Assembly (NCBI GenBank): GCA_041694815.1
Contig: JBGFSC010000005.1
Location: forward strand, 1-64,000
Direction: 5' to 3'
DNA from: Elusimicrobiota bacterium
GTDB taxonomy: Bacteria; Elusimicrobiota; Elusimicrobia; UBA1565; JACRDR01
Length of the DNA stretch: 64,000 nt
In this document: positions 59,069-64,000 of the stretch, in pieces
Position numbering within the stretch: the stretch's first letter is position 1
Layout of the letters: each line of letters starts with the position of its first letter
Notes under the pieces: generated by a model
What the model was told of the DNA's origin: nothing
Database searches by the model: none
Seen by the model: the letters and a program-made list of their open reading frames with translations, nothing else
Made by a program: the position numbers and the translations under genes

Positions 59069-60031
59069 TTACGGAATGGAGTCAAACCCGCCCTTGTAAT
59101 CCTTCTCCGGCAGCTTGAACCAAAACAGGGCCTCGGCGTTCACCGAGGACTGTGTTCCCCGAACCGCCGTGACCATAGCTTGGCCACCGTCCATATAAAG
59201 GATGCCTTGCCCCCCCGGCCCCCATATATCGACTATAAAATTCCGCGACGATTCATCGAAGTTTCTTATCGCAAAAACATGGCCCTGGCGAGTCAGCTGG
59301 GTGAGGCCTCTCTCTTGAAGAGACGCGCAAATATCGAGATACTTTTCGGCTGGAGAGAGCTCCTCCGAGGTGCTTCCCTGCCGGATCTCGACCCGATCCG
59401 CTTTCGCGTTCGGGAGAACCATCAAGACTTTCTTGTCGACGCTTGCATCCCCCTGCCGATCGTGGAAGGCCGCCCAAAAGACCAGTTCAGCCTTGAAGGC
59501 TTTGAACGGATCGCTTGAAGGCTCCAACGGCGAATAGCGGACGCCCGGCTTGCCGCTTGCCTTATGGAACACATGCCCGCTGGGCAGGATCATGTACATC
59601 GATCCGTCGGCGGCCACCATCTCGGCCTTCTCGAATTTCGTCTGCGGCTCGATATGCCGGCGCAATTGCCGCCCCTCCGAACGAAGGGCGTTTTGGCCCG
59701 CGGCGCGCATGCTGCCCAGCAAGCCGCGAAGCTTGTCCATCCCGGCGTCCGCCATCTTAGAGGAAGAGGCCATCAATTCCTCGGCCTTCGGCGGCTCGGG
59801 AGGCGGCGGGCTTTGCATATCGTAGCGCTCCATGCCGATGCCGGCCATGATCGCCTTCCAATCCCTCTCACTCAACGGGCCGGTAGGCAGATCTTTGCGC
59901 TGCCATTTCCGTCCGTCCTCGAGCCTTTCGTTGCCGTGCACGCTTGGGGGCACCCATGCCACGGCCAACACTCCGAATAAGATCGGCAGAATCCCGTCCA
60001 TTTTCATCGCAACCTCCTTGAATCTTTTCAT
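59069..60031 (-). CDS. Hypothetical secreted protein
   Basis: Hydrophobic N-terminal segment; ATGA coupling with the upstream gene. Confidence 0.72.
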   Translation of the reverse strand: MKRFKEVAMKMDGILPILFGVLAVAWVPPSVHGNERLEDGRKWQRKDLPTGPLSERDWKAIMAGIGMERYDMQSPPPPEPPKAEELMASSSKMADAGMDKLRGLLGSMRAAGQNALRSEGRQLRRHIEPQTKFEKAEMVAADGSMYMILPSGHVFHKASGKPGVRYSPLEPSSDPFKAFKAELVFWAAFHDRQGDASVDKKVLMVLPNAKADRVEIRQGSTSEELSPAEKYLDICASLQERGLTQLTRQGHVFAIRNFDESSRNFIVDIWGPGGQGILYMDGGQAMVTAVRGTQSSVNAEALFWFKLPEKDYKGGFDSIP

Positions 60032-61341
60032 GCGTTCTTACGCGTTCGATTCTCAACGAACGAAACGACTTCCTGGTAACCGAGCGCAAAGGCGTTATGC
60101 AAGGCATGTACGGCCGACGCAAACAGTAGGCCGTGCGTCAAAGTTAAATAACCGAAGAGCAACCCGCTGAGAACACGGGGCACCATGGCACCGTAGCCGT
60201 GAACTCTGGCGAATATGACGGAACTGCCCACGGAGGCCGTCAGTATGGCCGGAAGTATTGGCATCGACAAGGCTGATAAGAGAGCCGCTCCACCGAGCGT
60301 CAAGCCGGCCCTAAAGATGACTTCCTCAATAAATGCCATCGGCGGAAGCATCGCAAACAATAACGGCTTCGGTATCCCTTGGAACGGATTTTTCGGCTTC
60401 ATGTACTCCCCGGCCAAAATACCGAGCATGCTTGTCCCAAGGGCGATGAAGGCCCACGGCAACACCTGAGAAAAGCCGTCTGACCCGGTGTGGAGCAGAG
60501 CCGTGCTAAGCTCCGTGGGCAAAGGCCTAAAGGCAACCTGCGTCAAAGAATGCAGCGCAGCTCCAGCGAAAGCGGCGATGCCCCCATAACTGAAGAAATG
60601 GGTCAGCAACGATCTTTTACGAACATCGACCGCGTCGAGCTGCTTGCGCGCCTTGTCAAAAAATTCCGTCCCATCATTGTATTTGGCTTCTGATAAGCCA
60701 TCTAATACCGCCACCACATTTTTCAATGCTTTCTTAAGTTCTCTGGAATCGCGAACATTGACCTGTCCTTTTATGCGTTTGATCGTGGAACCGACCAGCG
60801 CGGAAAAAGATTCGACTCCATCCGGAATCTTGCCACCGTTCATTTCCTTGAGCGTGTCGATATTACTTGCCAATAGCTCCTTGATTCGGGAGTCGAAGTC
60901 CGGCTCATTTAATCCCAGCTTGCGTGGTCTTTCCGTGTTTTCCGCCAACGCAAGCAGATCGTTGGACAATTTGCCTGCGGCATAGCGCAGAGAAGCCGCC
61001 GGCGTGGGGCCCTTCCTCTTGTTGCCGGAGCCGGCTTTGCCCTGCTGAAGCGCGAATTTCTGGCCCTCCATTACGCCGGATAGGCCGGAATCGTTACCGA
61101 GCACCGCCGCCACTTCCTCGGAGACCATACCCTCGGACAGTCTGGAAGCCGTCTGACGAGCGACCGCCGTCATCCGCGTCCCATGGGTGGGAATTGCCTG
61201 GCCAGCAACCCGAGAGGGCGCGCCGGAATTTGAATTATTGGAAGATTCCGGGCCGGTTCGTCGGACTCCATCACGCGGCTTGGCGATCACCGTATCGCCG
61301 ACAATGACCAGAAAAGCTGCGAGCAACAAGCATTTTTTCAT
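60028..61341 (-). CDS. CPBP (CAAX/Abi) intramembrane metalloprotease with long N-terminal extracytoplasmic region
   Basis: EEVIFR, FARVH, HALHN motifs; signal peptide; GGAGGAG SD. Confidence 0.82.
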   Translation of the reverse strand: MKKCLLLAAFLVIVGDTVIAKPRDGVRRTGPESSNNSNSGAPSRVAGQAIPTHGTRMTAVARQTASRLSEGMVSEEVAAVLGNDSGLSGVMEGQKFALQQGKAGSGNKRKGPTPAASLRYAAGKLSNDLLALAENTERPRKLGLNEPDFDSRIKELLASNIDTLKEMNGGKIPDGVESFSALVGSTIKRIKGQVNVRDSRELKKALKNVVAVLDGLSEAKYNDGTEFFDKARKQLDAVDVRKRSLLTHFFSYGGIAAFAGAALHSLTQVAFRPLPTELSTALLHTGSDGFSQVLPWAFIALGTSMLGILAGEYMKPKNPFQGIPKPLLFAMLPPMAFIEEVIFRAGLTLGGAALLSALSMPILPAILTASVGSSVIFARVHGYGAMVPRVLSGLLFGYLTLTHGLLFASAVHALHNAFALGYQEVVSFVENRTRKNA

Positions 61342-61480
61342 TGAGCTCCTCCCCACTGATAGCAGGATAACCGGAACTGTAAACCAGCGCCAAGAAAGAA
61401 ATCTTAAGCATAATTATCCTTATTCTACCTGTGTAATTTATTTAACAGAGGCCTCTCTTGACGCCTGCTTGAATCCGCTA

Positions 61481-61511
61481 TTGACAAAACCGGGCCGACC
61501 CGATATATAGT
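61481..61511 (+). promoter_or_regulatory. Sigma70-type promoter
   Basis: TTGACA-17 nt-TATATA(GT), followed by GGAGGA SD and ATG 61538. Confidence 0.7.
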
Positions 61512-61537
61512 AGCGGCCCAACGCCACGGAGGAATCA

Positions 61538-62074
61538 ATGAAAAAGTTAAGCTTGTGCGCCTCGCTTCTATGCCTATCGTTTTCCTTAGCCGGCCTCGCG
61601 GTCGCGCAAGACGAGAATCGAAGGGCAACTCCCGCCACCCCGGCAATCCCCGCCGAACCCTCGGCCGACGGAGGGCCTGCGACGCCCGCTACGCCGGCGA
61701 TCCCAGCCGAACCCGCAGCCCCCTCGGGACAGGAGATGGCGCCGGTCGAAGCCCATCCTCACGCGGCACATCCCGGGCGCCGGCATCACCGCCGCCATCA
61801 TCGCCGAATGGGTCGCCGGATGGAGCGGCACGGCGAGCATTTGGAACGGGCCGGCGAGCGCCGCGAGAATCGCGGGGAATGGATCGAGGAGCGCGGCGAG
61901 CGGCTCGAGCGGCGAGGCGAGGCCATCGGCGGCCCGGCGGGCGAGCGCATGGAGCATCGCGGCGAGATGATGCAGCGCCACGGGGAGCGCATGCAGCGCC
62001 AGGGCGAGCGGATGCAGAACCGCGGCGAACGCATGGAACACCGAGGCGAGAGAATCCAGCACCCTCGACGCTAA
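61538..62074 (+). CDS. Secreted low-complexity repeat protein
   Basis: Signal peptide, ATPATPAIPAEP x2, His/Arg tract, about 12 GE(R)x(E/Q)xR heptads. Confidence 0.8.
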   Translation: MKKLSLCASLLCLSFSLAGLAVAQDENRRATPATPAIPAEPSADGGPATPATPAIPAEPAAPSGQEMAPVEAHPHAAHPGRRHHRRHHRRMGRRMERHGEHLERAGERRENRGEWIEERGERLERRGEAIGGPAGERMEHRGEMMQRHGERMQRQGERMQNRGERMEHRGERIQHPRR

Positions 62075-62229
62075 ACTACCACGCCCTCACCTCCTTTTGC
62101 GACTTGGCGCCGTCCTAATTAGGCCGTCACGGCGCTCAAATAATTAAATTGCGCCGTTTCCATAGCCCGGGCCTCCGGCAGATGCTACCCTGCGTCCCTT
62201 CGCAACGCCGCTAAGCCAGGAGGAAATTT

Positions 62230-62499
62230 ATGGCAAGAAAACTCGCTCAAAATGAGACGTATTCCGTCCAACCATCGACGCAGGATATGCGCGAGGCTCC
62301 GGGAGCGATGCCCTCGCCGACGCCGGGGCGCCCGGGAGCGCCCGGGCAGACGACGCAGCCCTATGGAGGCCCCGGGGACGCGGCCGCCGCCCCTCAAGCC
62401 ACCCGCGGCTGGGGCGTGATCCTTTTTGTCGTCGCCGTCGTCGCCCTGATCCTTCTTTCCTTCAGGCGCAAGCGGCGCACGCCTCCTCCTGGCGCCTAA
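62230..62499 (+). CDS. Small Pro-rich protein with C-terminal membrane anchor
   Basis: AGGAGG SD; C-terminal TM followed by RRKRR. Confidence 0.75.
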   Translation: MARKLAQNETYSVQPSTQDMREAPGAMPSPTPGRPGAPGQTTQPYGGPGDAAAAPQATRGWGVILFVVAVVALILLSFRRKRRTPPPGA

Positions 62500-64000
62500 A
62501 AGGTCAGGGTGAAACCGGTAGCCAGCTGCCGGTTGAGGTATCGCGGGGTCACCGAGTAAAGGACGTCGCAGACCCAGGAGAGTCGCTCGAACATGCGCCA
62601 GCGCAGCGACGCCTTGGCGGACTGCAGCCAGCGCCCACGGCCCTCTTGCACGCCGTAGCCTCCCGCGTACTGAAGGGTGGCCCGCAGGGGGCCGCCGCCG
62701 CGCTTGAAGGCCAAGACGCCCATGTGCTGCTCTAAGCCCCGCGGCGTGAAGTATTCCCGGTCCCCGTAGCGCGAGTCCGCATAGAGAAACGAGTATCCGA
62801 TCGAGAGCCCCCGTACCAGGTTGCGGGCGCCCTGCAGGCGCAGCTCGCGCAGGCGGTTGGAGTCGTTAAACCGTACCTCGTCATAGCCGGCCGACCCCTC
62901 CCACGCGAGCGTGGGGGCCCAGCTCAGCGTGAAGCCGTCCTTGCGGGCCTTGCGTCCCCGGAAGATCGCCGAGGCGTTCTCCACGTCGTCGATCCCGTCG
63001 AAGACGGACAGCCGCAGGGTGGGCGTCAGCGACATCGACAGGCCGACGCCGTAATTGTCGGAGGTCCTTTCCGTCTTGGCGGGACGCAGCAGCCCGTTGT
63101 GGCGCTGCTCGGAGCGGGTCTCGAACTGCCTGCGGGTGTAGGAAAGCTGAACGGCGGTCTTAAGCGTCACCGGAAGCTGGAGCTGGAATCCCCCCTCCTG
63201 CCCGTCGATGCTCGTGGTGCCGTGCTCCGAGTAACGCGAGCGGCCCATCCAACCGGAAAACTGCGCCGCACGGATGGGGGCTGCCACCCGCACGATCTGC
63301 TTGGCGTGGGAGCGGCGGAAATTGTCCGAGAAGCCGACGAAGGCCGGCGTCGCCGAGGGAGCCACCTGCATCTCGGCCTGCCTGAGGAGCTCTTGATAGC
63401 GGGGGGTCTGGGGATCGAGCGAGTGCGCCTCCGCGTAGAGTTTATGCGCGCCGTAAAGATAGCCGGCCTTCTCCATCGCCACCCCCTTCTCGGCGTAGAG
63501 CTCGGCGCAGCGTAGACCCTCCCTTTCGAGGCCTTCGTAAATCTCCAAGGCCTGGGCCGGCCTAGACGCCATCACCCACAGGCTCGCCTCGAGCAGTCGC
63601 GCCATGACCCAGGGCTCGCTCAACGAGAGCTGTGCTAGCAATTGCTCCTCGCCCATGTCAGCGGGTACTTGGAAGCGCTTGATGGCATGGGAGGTCGAGC
63701 CCGCGGCGTTGAAGCCGGAGGAATCCTGGATGAAGGCCAACGCGAAATGTTTTTGGACCAGCGCCCGGTTGAGGGACGCGGCCTCGAGCTCGTTGGTCTC
63801 GGCGGCCTGTCCGTAATCCCCGTAAGGAAACGCGAAGGCGCACGGGCCCCCGGGGCAGGCCCATTCCCGCGCCCGGCGGTATTGCTCCTCGAGCCTAGTC
63901 CTGAATTCCTCCCTACTTTCCAGGCGGCCGGCCTCGGCCAGCCAGGCGCGGTTGGCCAAGCCGTGCCCGGTATGGCTGGAGCTGTCCACCGGGACCGGTT
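62496..64000 (-). CDS. Polysaccharide deacetylase-TPR-beta-barrel protein (5' end outside the window)
   Basis: SHTGH and FAFPYGDYG NodB-like motifs, TPR-like helices, amphipathic strands with YFTP and terminal Phe. Confidence 0.7.
   Translation of the reverse strand, partial: PVPVDSSSHTGHGLANRAWLAEAGRLESREEFRTRLEEQYRRAREWACPGGPCAFAFPYGDYGQAAETNELEAASLNRALVQKHFALAFIQDSSGFNAAGSTSHAIKRFQVPADMGEEQLLAQLSLSEPWVMARLLEASLWVMASRPAQALEIYEGLEREGLRCAELYAEKGVAMEKAGYLYGAHKLYAEAHSLDPQTPRYQELLRQAEMQVAPSATPAFVGFSDNFRRSHAKQIVRVAAPIRAAQFSGWMGRSRYSEHGTTSIDGQEGGFQLQLPVTLKTAVQLSYTRRQFETRSEQRHNGLLRPAKTERTSDNYGVGLSMSLTPTLRLSVFDGIDDVENASAIFRGRKARKDGFTLSWAPTLAWEGSAGYDEVRFNDSNRLRELRLQGARNLVRGLSIGYSFLYADSRYGDREYFTPRGLEQHMGVLAFKRGGGPLRATLQYAGGYGVQEGRGRWLQSAKASLRWRMFERLSWVCDVLYSVTPRYLNRQLATGFTLTF

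Noticed and set aside
62120..62136. TAGGCC-GTCAC-GGCGCT as another copy of the 16-bp box
   Set aside because: Spacer is 5 nt rather than 4 and there is no clear partner box; too weak to count.

Overview
GC-rich bacterial chromosome segment; the lineage cannot be fixed from sequence alone, and an Elusimicrobiota-like genome is only a guess. The housekeeping backbone is mostly on the minus strand: lepB, 1-Cys peroxiredoxin, tRNA-Ala/tRNA-Leu, secG, pgk, arginase, gap, a TPR-ExbB-ExbD-ExbD-TonB-OmpA-like cluster, thrS, tRNA-Val, queF, a Cu-type P1B ATPase, rlmD, a sugar ABC transporter, lspA, ileS, acyl-CoA dehydrogenase, a bactofilin/M23 module, a cysM-JAB-(MoaD/MoeB/rhodanese fusion) sulfur-carrier operon, alaS and tRNA-Arg. 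Visibly more AT-rich accessory patches hold the most unusual features. (1) A tandem, mosaic array of eight paralogous secreted/membrane proteins with a conserved N-terminal domain and a hypervariable Gly-rich two-helix C-terminus (19178-23772), lying between a partial tRNA-Val duplication and a VapBC-type toxin-antitoxin pair. (2) A recurring tandem 16-bp palindromic box (TRGGNC-N4-GNCCYA) upstream of this array and of three other signal-peptide genes, suggesting a shared regulon. (3) An HNH endonuclease locus (39222-40795) with a 124-bp symmetric dyad containing a perfect 38-bp palindrome, three SD-ATG units in three frames, and a TA-flanked MITE-like element. Many operon-initial genes appear to be leaderless. 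No CRISPR array, rRNA, integrase or transposase was seen.
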